This document shows, one piece after another, positions 30,448 through 39,064 of a DNA stretch of 64,000 nt. Numbering within the stretch: the first letter of the stretch is position 1; the number at the start of each line of letters is the position of its first letter. Source of the stretch: a virus (Duplodnaviria > Heunggongvirae > Uroviricota > Caudoviricetes); IMG/VR virus record IMGVR_UViG_3300039159_000198. The stretch is one strand, 5' to 3'. Below the pieces are notes generated by a model. That model was not told the DNA's origin. It made no database searches and was given only the letters and a program-made list of their open reading frames with translations. The translations under genes were made by a program, and so were the position numbers.

Positions 30448-31464
30448 ATGGCGTGTAGTAAATATAATTTAACGAATACTGGTTCTACTTTAGTGAACTT
30501 TAACTATAGAAGATGTGATGATTCTCTATGGGAATATCAGGTTGAATTAAACCCAAATCAAACTAAAAATATTTGGTTAATTAACAACACGTATTCAATT
30601 GCATCATCATTTAGTAATACTGTAGTATTGATTAATGAAGGAGTATTTCCATCTATAAGTGCATCTCAGACACCGACACCAACTCAAACCTCTACACCAA
30701 CTCAAACCCCTACACCGTCAGTAACTGCAACTAACACATCGACTCCAACACAAACCCCAACTAATACGGAAACACCAACTAATACTCCAACCCCAACTAA
30801 TACGGAAACACCAACTAATACTCCAACCCCAACTAATACGGAAACCCCAACACCAACCCCAACTAATACGGAAACCCCAACACCAACCCCAACCCAATCA
30901 CGTTTTTCATTTAGTGTTTATTCAGGTGTAACATCTGATGAAGCTTGTGGACAATATAATTTAACGTCAACAATATATGGAGATAAATCTATTTTTGATG
31001 AGAATACAATATTTTATGATATATTAGTCGGTCCAACCACTATTGATATGACCGGATACTATAACTATAGTCAAACAGTTGTTGAATTAGACATTAACGG
31101 TAATACAGGAATTTTTAATTTATGTACAACATTAACTCCAACACCAACAAATACAGGAACCCCAACTCAAACTCCAACAAATACCCCTTCACCAACACCA
31201 ACTTTTGCATATTATACTTATAGTTTAGGTACGGGAGCAACATCAAATGACTCTTGTACTAACTTCTCAAGTTCACCTGTAACTATTTATGGTTCAGTGG
31301 CAGGAGGGATTGGTCCTAATGTAGGAGAAACATTATATGAAACATCGGGAATACCATTGACCGATACAGTACCTGACGGATACTACTCTAACGGTACCGA
31401 TTGGTTCTTAGTAACCGGAGGTTCAGGATTAGTAACTTCTTCAGACCCTAACGGATGTATATAA
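30448..31464 (+). CDS. Thr/Pro-rich putative fibre/decoration protein
   Basis: About 80 aa of TPTPTNTE repeats plus a second TP tract between Cys-bounded domains. Confidence 0.7.
   Translation: MACSKYNLTNTGSTLVNFNYRRCDDSLWEYQVELNPNQTKNIWLINNTYSIASSFSNTVVLINEGVFPSISASQTPTPTQTSTPTQTPTPSVTATNTSTPTQTPTNTETPTNTPTPTNTETPTNTPTPTNTETPTPTPTNTETPTPTPTQSRFSFSVYSGVTSDEACGQYNLTSTIYGDKSIFDENTIFYDILVGPTTIDMTGYYNYSQTVVELDINGNTGIFNLCTTLTPTPTNTGTPTQTPTNTPSPTPTFAYYTYSLGTGATSNDSCTNFSSSPVTIYGSVAGGIGPNVGETLYETSGIPLTDTVPDGYYSNGTDWFLVTGGSGLVTSSDPNGCI
30750..30897 (+). repeat. Coding tandem repeats (CCAACTAATACGGAAAC units)
   Basis: Four near-identical copies encoding PTNTETP. Confidence 0.85.
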
Positions 31465-31484
31465 TAACTTTATAAATATTTTTT

Positions 31485-31515
31485 AAAAACCCTCGACTTA
31501 TCTCGGGGGTTTTTT
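31485..31515 (+). terminator. Intrinsic terminator
   Basis: AAAAACCCTCGA-CTTATC-TCGGGGGTTTTTT. Confidence 0.75.
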
Positions 31516-31573
31516 ATTTTGTTTTTTTATTAAAAAATACTACTTTTACACAAGTTTATGATATTTATAATAT

Positions 31574-31732
31574 ATGGGAAGAAAACAAAAATCGTTTGAA
31601 GAAAAAAAAGTTAAAGTTAGTATTAGTTTAGATAGAGAACTTTACCTATTAATTAAAGAAGAAAAATTAATGCCGTCTCGATTAATTGAGTCTTTAGTAA
31701 AAAATCATTATGGAAACAAAAAAATGTGGTAA
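31574..31732 (+). CDS. Small ribbon-helix-helix DNA-binding protein (not in the ORF track)
   Basis: MGRKQKSFEEKKVKVSISLDRELYLLIKEEKLMPSRLIESLVKNHYGNKKMW*; overlaps the HNH start; paralog at 41836. Confidence 0.75.
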   Translation: MGRKQKSFEEKKVKVSISLDRELYLLIKEEKLMPSRLIESLVKNHYGNKKMW

Positions 31733-32429
31733 ATGTCAAATTGAAAAAACGGTTTTCGAGTTTTACATTCGTAAAGATACTCCGGATGGATATCGAATGG
31801 ATTGTAAAAAATGCCTCCTTGAGGGGCATAAAGAAAAATATTTAAAAAACCGAAACACTAAACTCGAATACGCCAAAGATTATTATTACTTCAATAAAGA
31901 AAAGGTACGAGAATATCAACAAGAAAATAAAGAAAAAATAAAAGAAAAGACAAAAAAATATCGACAAGAAAATAAAGAAAAAATAAAAGAAAAGGTAAAA
32001 AAATATCGGGAGAATAATAAAGAAAAATATTTAGAGTACAAGAAATCATATTGCACAAATAATAAGGAAAAAATACGAACATATATGAGGTCATACAATA
32101 AAGAACGAACCAATAACGATACCCAATATAGATTAATAACTAATATAAGGTCAAGAATTCGCCAATTTTTAAAATCTAAAAACATCACAAAAAGAAGTAA
32201 AACTTTTGAGATTGTTGGATGTACTCCGGATTTCTTAAAAGAATATTTAGAAAAACAATTCACTAAAGGGATGTCTTGGGAGTTGTTAGGTAATCGAATT
32301 CATATTGACCACATAATACCTTTATCGTCGGCAAAAACCGAAGAAGAAACTTATATGTTATGTCATTACACAAACCTCCAACCATTGTGGGCGGAAGATA
32401 ACCTAAAAAAATCAAATAAAATTGTTTAA
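31710..32429 (+). CDS. HNH endonuclease (zinc finger, charged repeats, HIDH)
   Basis: CGKC..CKKC; IHIDHIIPLSSAKTEEETYMLCHYTNLQPLWAEDNLKK. Confidence 0.8.
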   Translation: METKKCGKCQIEKTVFEFYIRKDTPDGYRMDCKKCLLEGHKEKYLKNRNTKLEYAKDYYYFNKEKVREYQQENKEKIKEKTKKYRQENKEKIKEKVKKYRENNKEKYLEYKKSYCTNNKEKIRTYMRSYNKERTNNDTQYRLITNIRSRIRQFLKSKNITKRSKTFEIVGCTPDFLKEYLEKQFTKGMSWELLGNRIHIDHIIPLSSAKTEEETYMLCHYTNLQPLWAEDNLKKSNKIV

Positions 32430-32483
32430 CTGATATCTACCCTTTTTCATACTTATTATTATTTTTTATAAAAAAAGTAAATT

Positions 32484-33752
32484 ATGAGTAAAATATTTGT
32501 TCAAATCGCCAGTTTTTGCGACCCACAACTTGGCATCACAATTAAAGATTGTATTGAAAACGCTAAAAACCCGAAAAACCTAACATTTGGTATAACCAAT
32601 CAATATAATCCGGATGACAAGTTTAATATTGATGAATACCAAAACGATAAAAGATTTAAAATTGAAAATGTTTTATACACAGACTCCAAAGGAGCTTGTT
32701 GGGCTCGCAACTTGCTTCAACAAAGATATAGTGGTGAGACATACACATTACAAATTGACTCACACATGCGATTTGAAAAAAATTGGGATGTCGAATTGAT
32801 TAAGATGATTAAACAACTTCAAAAGAAAGGTGTTAAAAAACCTTTATTAACAAGTTATGTTTCGTCATTTGACCCTGATAATGACCCGGCAGGTAGAGTC
32901 CAAGAACCTTGGAGGATGTCGTTTGATAGGTTCATCCCAGAATCTCCGATTTTTTTTCTTCCTGAGACAATACCAGGATGGAAAGAATTAACAGAACCTG
33001 TACCCTCAAGATTTTATTCCGCCCATTTTTGCTTTACACTTGGTCAATTTTCGGTAGAAGTTCAACACGATAAAGAATATTACTTTCACGGAGAAGAAAT
33101 CTCAATTGCGGTAAGAGCATTCACCCACGGGTACGACCTGTACCATCCTCATAAAACTTTAGTGTGGCACGAATACGAGAGAAAAGGTCGGGTGAAACAA
33201 TGGGATATCGATAAAACTTGGGGAGAAAAAAACAAATTCTCTCACTCAAAAAATCGAAAACTTTTTAGTATGGATGGGGAGACCTATAATCCGGAAGAAT
33301 TTGGTATATACGGTTTTGGTTCTGTTAGGTCTTTAAGAGACTATGAAAAATATGCCGGAATATTATTTGAAAAAAGAGCCGTTGATAAATATACTTTAGA
33401 TAAAAATTATCCACCAAACCCATATAATTTTAAAACTGAACAAGAATGGAAAGATAGTTTCTGTATGATGTTCAAACATTGTATTGATATTGGTTATGAC
33501 CAAGTACCTGAAAAAGATTATGAATATTGGGTGGTCGCATTTCATAATGATAAAGAAGATACTTTATTTAGAAAAGATGCGGATAAAAACGAAATATCGG
33601 GTTTCATGAGAGACCCGGATAAATACTGTAAAGTATGGAGAGAATTTCAAACGGATGAATTACCGTCATATTGGGTGGTATGGCCTTACTCAACATCAAA
33701 AGGGTGGTGTGAAAGAATAACCGGTAGATTACACAATAATCTAGTTAGTTAA
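32484..33752 (+). CDS. GT60-type polypeptide/hydroxyproline alpha-GlcNAc transferase
   Basis: IFVQIASFCDP, GACWARN, YTLQIDSHMRF, FHGEE, RAFTHGYDLYHP, YGFGSVRSLRDYE. Confidence 0.85.
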   Translation: MSKIFVQIASFCDPQLGITIKDCIENAKNPKNLTFGITNQYNPDDKFNIDEYQNDKRFKIENVLYTDSKGACWARNLLQQRYSGETYTLQIDSHMRFEKNWDVELIKMIKQLQKKGVKKPLLTSYVSSFDPDNDPAGRVQEPWRMSFDRFIPESPIFFLPETIPGWKELTEPVPSRFYSAHFCFTLGQFSVEVQHDKEYYFHGEEISIAVRAFTHGYDLYHPHKTLVWHEYERKGRVKQWDIDKTWGEKNKFSHSKNRKLFSMDGETYNPEEFGIYGFGSVRSLRDYEKYAGILFEKRAVDKYTLDKNYPPNPYNFKTEQEWKDSFCMMFKHCIDIGYDQVPEKDYEYWVVAFHNDKEDTLFRKDADKNEISGFMRDPDKYCKVWREFQTDELPSYWVVWPYSTSKGWCERITGRLHNNLVS

Positions 33753-33763
33753 ATAATAATACA

Positions 33764-34471
33764 ATGAGTTATGCAATTGCAAGTTTTTGTTATGGTGATA
33801 GATATTATGACCAAACAAATAGAATGATTGAATCGTTTAAAAAAATAGAAAATAAACCAAAAATTTTTATTGTTACAGATAAACCGGATTCAATTACCAA
33901 AGAAGATTTTGTATTTGTTTCAGACATTAAAGAATATGATGAAAGTTACTCTAAATATGAAACAAATTATTATGATTTTGATTTTTCAGTAAAAAGATTC
34001 TCAGTAAAATTTGCATTAGATAATGGATTTACTAAAATTATTTTAACGGACACTGATGTAATTCCAAATGAAAAGTTATTTAACGATAAAAATGTTCTAG
34101 ATTGTTTTATACCAAATAGCGTATCAGGTCAAGTGACTTATCTTTTTGAAGATGAAATAAACCGTAATAGTATGTTAGGTAGAAGATTTGTACATTATGA
34201 ATCAAAATTTGATGTAGACCATACTAAAAAAGATATGTGGATGCCTGAGGATTGTATTCAATTTTTAGATATTGATAAAGAAAAATTTTACTCGTTTCTT
34301 TCTACATGGGATAAATGTATTGAAATTAAAAAATCTGATAATTTGTATAATATTCCCGCTGGGAATATAGATGAAATGTGTTTTTCCGCACTTAACAATG
34401 GAATTGAATTAAAAAATAATTCCAACAAACATATAAACTTATTAATCCCCAATCACGATAAATGGTATTAA
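33764..34471 (+). CDS. Putative GT-A nucleotide-sugar transferase
   Basis: IFIVTDKP, VKRF, IILTDTDV (DxD). Confidence 0.55.
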   Translation: MSYAIASFCYGDRYYDQTNRMIESFKKIENKPKIFIVTDKPDSITKEDFVFVSDIKEYDESYSKYETNYYDFDFSVKRFSVKFALDNGFTKIILTDTDVIPNEKLFNDKNVLDCFIPNSVSGQVTYLFEDEINRNSMLGRRFVHYESKFDVDHTKKDMWMPEDCIQFLDIDKEKFYSFLSTWDKCIEIKKSDNLYNIPAGNIDEMCFSALNNGIELKNNSNKHINLLIPNHDKWY

Positions 34472-35307
34472 AAATTATAACATCAGTTTATGAATTAAAT
34501 TACGAGGACGAACGAGGAGGTATGATATATAAATCATATCCTCTATTAACTCAAACATTACGAAATATAATTTTTGAAGGGTTTGAATATGTGATTTATA
34601 CTAATCAATACACTTACGATAAATATGGTTTAGGTAATCAATTTAATCAACCAAATGTAACTATAAAATTTCATGAATTAAATTCAAAAAATTATGTTGA
34701 TAATATAAATCCAATTAGGTCTTTAAATTTTTCAAATGGGGAGATTTACGATAGAATTTATTGTGTGAAAAATTATGTAGAAGTTATTTTTAATAAATTA
34801 CAATTTTTACTTAATGAATGTGAGGATGATAAAAATGTTGTATGGATTGATTCCGGATTATTTGGAACCAGTTGTCACGATAGATGGAGAGATTATATAA
34901 ACGTTTTCGCTCATTCAAAATTATTTTTGAATAAAATAAATGAAAAAATATCGGAAAATGGTTTTATTTGTTTGAGAGGGGAATCAATTCAAATTAATTA
35001 TGAATTAAAGTCAGTCCTTGTTAACATGTTTGAAACCGATTTTAAATTAGTTCCGGGTGGATTATTCGGAGGGACCTCAGAAGAAGTTAAAAAAGTTTTG
35101 TCTAATTACTCTTCAATTTTTGAAAAATATTATCAAACAACAAATAAATTAATTAGTGAACAAGAAGTATTATCAATATTAACACATACAAACAATGTTA
35201 AGTTTTTTAATTTTGGGGGTTGGTTAGATTTACAAAAAAGTATTTTAGGCCTTATGGATTTATTAAATGTTGATAAATATAGAATTGATGAAAAATATGA
35301 ACTATAA
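34462..35307 (+). CDS. HtrL/YibB-like putative glycosyltransferase
   Basis: VWIDSGL, PGGLFGG, SEQEVL. Confidence 0.65.
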   Translation: MVLKIITSVYELNYEDERGGMIYKSYPLLTQTLRNIIFEGFEYVIYTNQYTYDKYGLGNQFNQPNVTIKFHELNSKNYVDNINPIRSLNFSNGEIYDRIYCVKNYVEVIFNKLQFLLNECEDDKNVVWIDSGLFGTSCHDRWRDYINVFAHSKLFLNKINEKISENGFICLRGESIQINYELKSVLVNMFETDFKLVPGGLFGGTSEEVKKVLSNYSSIFEKYYQTTNKLISEQEVLSILTHTNNVKFFNFGGWLDLQKSILGLMDLLNVDKYRIDEKYEL

Positions 35308-35866
35308 GTATAATTTTAACATTATTTGTACAACAATTGGACGTGAAACCTTACCAAGGTTAATTGATATCTTTAAAAATCAATTATCCGAGAGTGATAC
35401 TTTTACGATAATCTCAGATACTAATCATGATTTTGTTAAAAATGTTTTATCAGGTTATGATTTTAATTTTAAATTAAATTATATAATAAATGATGGTGAT
35501 AGATTAGGGAAATATGGACATCAATTATTGAATAAATATATTAATAATGTTGAAGGTGATTTTATAATGTTTGCCGATGATGATGACTATTATGTTGACG
35601 GGGCGTTTGATAAGATTAGAAAATCTGTTATAGAAAAGAAACTATACCTTTTTAAACATAAATGGGGAGAAACAATTAATTGGACAACAAAAGAAGTAAT
35701 ACTTGGGAATATTGGTAAGTGTATGGGAGTTATACCTAATACAAAAAATTTACCAATGTTTCAAGAAGATGTGTTTGGAGATGGTTTATTTTACGAGGAT
35801 TTATCTAAGATAGTTGATTACGAATTTGTTGATGAAATAATATATAAAATAAGAAATACTATATGA
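35297..35866 (+). CDS. Glycosyltransferase family 2
   Basis: TTIGRETL, GDFIMFADDDD, GDGLF. Confidence 0.75.
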   Translation: MNYKYNFNIICTTIGRETLPRLIDIFKNQLSESDTFTIISDTNHDFVKNVLSGYDFNFKLNYIINDGDRLGKYGHQLLNKYINNVEGDFIMFADDDDYYVDGAFDKIRKSVIEKKLYLFKHKWGETINWTTKEVILGNIGKCMGVIPNTKNLPMFQEDVFGDGLFYEDLSKIVDYEFVDEIIYKIRNTI

Positions 35867-37536
35867 ATAATATAACATTAGTTACAGGAATTTGGGATAT
35901 TGGGAGAGGTGACTTAACCGAAGGGTGGTCAAGGTCTTACCAACATTATTTAGATAAGTTTGAACAATTATTAGATGTTCAAGAAAATATGATAATTTTT
36001 GGGGACAAAGAACTTAAAGACTTTGTTTCTAAAAAGAGAAATGAATTAAATACTCAATTTATTGAAAGACCGTTAGAATGGTTTACCAATTCCGAGTTTT
36101 ACAATAAAATACAGGTTATTAGAACAAGACCAAGTTGGATTGAACAAGTTGGATGGTTAGGAGAATCGACACAAGCAAAACTGGAAAACTATAACCCTTT
36201 GGTTATGTCAAAAGTATTCCTTCTTCACGATGCTAAAATATTCGATAAGTTTAACTCGGAGTATATGTTTTGGATTGATGGGGGTTTAACCAATACCGTA
36301 CATGCCGGGTATTTCACTCACGATAAAGTTTTAGATAAACTATCCAAATACATATCAAAATTCTCATTCATTAGTTTCCCTTATGATGCCGAAACTGAAA
36401 TACACGGGTTTAATTATAATAAATTAAATGAACTTGCCGGTGATAAAGTAACTAAAGTCGCTAGGGGGGGATTTTTTGGTGGGCCTAAAGAAAGTATTGG
36501 TGATATTAATGGAATTTACTATGGGTTGTTAAAATCAACATTAGACGATGGTTATATGGGTACTGAGGAGTCTATCTTTAGTATTATGACACACAAACAC
36601 TCTGACTTGATTAATTATTTTGAAATCGAATCAAATGGTTTGATGGGTAAGTTCTTTGAAGATTTGAAAGACGATAAGTTAGTCCCAAAAAACGAGTCAA
36701 AAGTTATCGTAGTTAATAATTTAGATATCAATAAAGTCGGTCTATATGTTTTAACTTTTAATAGCCCAAACCAATTTGAAACACTAATAAAATCAATGCT
36801 AGAATATGATGCAGATTTTATTAATAAACCAACAAAATTCTTATTGGATAATTCAACTGACTTATCAACAACACCAAGATATAAAGAACTTTGTGAGGAG
36901 TATGGGTTTGAGCATATAAAGAAAGATAATATTGGGATTATGGGTGGAAGAATATTTGTTGCCGAACATTTTAATGAAACCAATTTAGATTTTCAAATTT
37001 TTTTCGAAGAGGACATGACTTTATATTCGAAAAAAGGTGAAATTTGTAGAAGTGGGTTTAATAGATACGTCCCAAATTTATATTCTAAATCTTTGGAGAT
37101 TATAAAAAAAGAAAATTTTGATTTTTTAAAATATTCTTTTACGGAATTTTATGCTTCAAACGATGTTCAAATTTCTTGGTATAACGTTCCACAGGATTTT
37201 AGACAATCACATTGGCCTAATAAACCTAAATTACCTGTTCAGGGTTTTGACCCAAACGCTCCGAAAACAAATTTTAATAATATAAACATATATAAAGAGC
37301 TACCATACATATCGGGTGAGTGTTATATTTCAAACTGGCCAATTATATTAACAAAACAAGGTAATTATAAATGTTATTTAGAAACAAAATGGCAATTTAG
37401 TTATGAGCAGACCAGCATGAGTTATGTTTATCAAGAAACTGTTAAGGGAAATATAAACCCTGGTTTATTATTATTATCTCCAATAGAACACATAAGGTAT
37501 GAACATTACGACGGAGCGTTAAGAAAAGAGTCATAA
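35863..37536 (+). CDS. HtrL/YibB-like domain fused to a GT-A-like domain
   Basis: ITLVTGIWDIGR, FWIDGGL, GGFFGG, MGTEES; C-terminal LLDNS...FFEED. Confidence 0.7.
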   Translation: MNNITLVTGIWDIGRGDLTEGWSRSYQHYLDKFEQLLDVQENMIIFGDKELKDFVSKKRNELNTQFIERPLEWFTNSEFYNKIQVIRTRPSWIEQVGWLGESTQAKLENYNPLVMSKVFLLHDAKIFDKFNSEYMFWIDGGLTNTVHAGYFTHDKVLDKLSKYISKFSFISFPYDAETEIHGFNYNKLNELAGDKVTKVARGGFFGGPKESIGDINGIYYGLLKSTLDDGYMGTEESIFSIMTHKHSDLINYFEIESNGLMGKFFEDLKDDKLVPKNESKVIVVNNLDINKVGLYVLTFNSPNQFETLIKSMLEYDADFINKPTKFLLDNSTDLSTTPRYKELCEEYGFEHIKKDNIGIMGGRIFVAEHFNETNLDFQIFFEEDMTLYSKKGEICRSGFNRYVPNLYSKSLEIIKKENFDFLKYSFTEFYASNDVQISWYNVPQDFRQSHWPNKPKLPVQGFDPNAPKTNFNNINIYKELPYISGECYISNWPIILTKQGNYKCYLETKWQFSYEQTSMSYVYQETVKGNINPGLLLLSPIEHIRYEHYDGALRKES

Positions 37537-37552
37537 CGATATATTTATTGTT

Positions 37553-37930
37553 ATGGAATTTTATATCAAACAAAACTCGACTTTACCAGTTTTAAAAATG
37601 ATGGTACTAAAAGATGGTAGAGCCGGATACCAACAACTTATGCAAGATTTAGAGGTATCAACAATATTTTTCACGATGATTGATGTGGAGACGGGTATTC
37701 CAAAAATAGTATCCGCACCTGCAGAAATTGTAAATTTAATTTTACCTGAAGGTGCATCACCGGAATATTACATTTATTTCAAATTTACCTCAAGGGATAC
37801 AAATACGCCGGGAAGGTATGAGGGTCAATTCCTAATAAAGAATGACGAGGGTAATTTAATTCTACCAATAAGGGAAGAGTTGTATATTAACATTCAACAT
37901 AGTTTCATCTCGGAAACGGCTTGTTGTTAG
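37553..37930 (+). CDS. BppU-N-like/Ig-like virion protein
   Basis: FYIKQNSTLP...DTNTPGRYEGQF...LILP pattern; TATTTAT upstream. Confidence 0.55.
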   Translation: MEFYIKQNSTLPVLKMMVLKDGRAGYQQLMQDLEVSTIFFTMIDVETGIPKIVSAPAEIVNLILPEGASPEYYIYFKFTSRDTNTPGRYEGQFLIKNDEGNLILPIREELYINIQHSFISETACC

Positions 37931-37947
37931 AAAAAAAACAAAATATA

Positions 37948-37978
37948 TTTGGTAATCTAAAAATAAGTTGTATCTTTG
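37948..37978 (+). promoter_or_regulatory. Bacteroidota-type housekeeping promoter
   Basis: TTTG-N19-TATCTTTG. Confidence 0.75.
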
Positions 37979-37984
37979 TCAAAG

Positions 37985-38154
37985 AAAATAAAAAATCTTA
38001 ATTGAAAACGAGTGGGTATTCCAATACAGCTAGTACATCTAACGATGGTGATTAAGTGGATTACTTGGATTATCCTACCAAGCGTGAATCGAAAGTACAA
38101 CACGAAAGGTTAGTGTACTAAATAAAAAACCCCTTAATTATTTGAGGGGTTTTT
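37985..38154 (+). ncRNA. Candidate structured small RNA
   Basis: Lies between a host-type promoter and a terminator, has no convincing ORF, and has a 12-bp closing stem with internal hairpins. Confidence 0.45.
38124..38154. terminator. Bidirectional intrinsic terminator
   Basis: AAAAACCCCTTAA-TTAT-TTGAGGGGTTTTT. Confidence 0.8.
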
Positions 38155-38706
38155 AATTTTAAGGTCTTTATCTCCTTGTTTTTCGTAAAAATTATCTCCT
38201 TTAATTTGTGTTTTTAAATGTAGTTGATAGAGAGGTATGTTTTTTGTATTTCTTTTATCTAAAGAAACAACAACAGAATAAAGTGTATTATAATTTCTTT
38301 TAACTACAACAACATCCCCATCCTTAATTCTTTTCGTCATTATTTCTTCGGCTAATCTGTCCCTATTATCATATAAAAAATTAAAACCTTCTAAAGGAAG
38401 TGGATTAGTTAATTTTTGATTATTTATGTATTGAGGGTCCTCTTTTCTGTACAACCTATCTAAATAATGTTTTGTTGGGATAATTTCAAATTCAACTTTT
38501 TTTTCCACTCCAGTTTTTTTATCAATAAAAATACCTATAAAGGGATTCATAAAAGATAATGTTGATTTGATTAGTTCTCTAACTTCTCGACTAATTGTAG
38601 GTATAAACTTTTTACCATTTTGTTCCGTTAAGTAATTACCAACAACCTCGAAAGAGACCATCTTATCAACAAATTCTCTAAGTATGTTTTTTATTAATTG
38701 ATTCAT
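38134..38706 (-). CDS. Hypothetical protein with MNQLIKNILRE leader
   Basis: ATG at 38706 with TATTTAT just upstream; the longer ORF-track extension runs through promoter DNA. Confidence 0.65.
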   Translation of the reverse strand: MNQLIKNILREFVDKMVSFEVVGNYLTEQNGKKFIPTISREVRELIKSTLSFMNPFIGIFIDKKTGVEKKVEFEIIPTKHYLDRLYRKEDPQYINNQKLTNPLPLEGFNFLYDNRDRLAEEIMTKRIKDGDVVVVKRNYNTLYSVVVSLDKRNTKNIPLYQLHLKTQIKGDNFYEKQGDKDLKIKNPSNN

Positions 38707-38739
38707 ATCTAATAAATATAAAAAAAAAATAAAAAAAAG

Positions 38740-38771
38740 TTTGGCAGAATAGAATTTAAGTATTATTTTTG
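38740..38771 (+). promoter_or_regulatory. Bacteroidota-type housekeeping promoter
   Basis: TTTG-N20-TATTTTTG. Confidence 0.7.
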
Positions 38772-38813
38772 TCCTGTCAAAAAGAAATAATAACATAAAC
38801 ACAAACAAATACC

Positions 38814-38927
38814 ATGAAAACAGTTACCTTCACAATGCAAGAGATATGGGCGGCATCAAGACCATCAGTTCAAAAAAGTAAAAAATCGTATAAAAGAAAA
38901 CCAAAACACAAAAAAGTGTCATACTAA
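38814..38927 (+). CDS. 37-aa basic protein with an ArfA-like C-terminus (not in the ORF track)
   Basis: MKTVTFTMQEIWAASRPSVQKSKKSYKRKPKHKKVSY*, with its own promoter, A-rich leader and a downstream hairpin plus T tract. Confidence 0.65.
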   Translation: MKTVTFTMQEIWAASRPSVQKSKKSYKRKPKHKKVSY

Positions 38928-39064
38928 AAAATAACCCCGCCCTTTTGGTGGTTTTTTTTTTCTAATTTGATTATCTAAAATTATTAATTATATTTATAGA
39001 TAATGAGAAAGGTAAACTTCACAACTAAGTGATTGCAAATGTACTACTCGAAAAAACAACAAAT

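Noticed and set aside
38030-38125. Hammerhead ribozyme (CTAACGA...GAAA-GTACA/TGTAC-TA)
   Set aside because: The core deviates from CUGANGA, and stems I and II do not close properly. Kept only as an unclassified RNA candidate.
38707-38808. Hydrophobic N-terminal extension of ORF 38134-38808
   Set aside because: It is the reverse reading of A-rich promoter DNA; the ATG at 38706 has the promoter motif and leader
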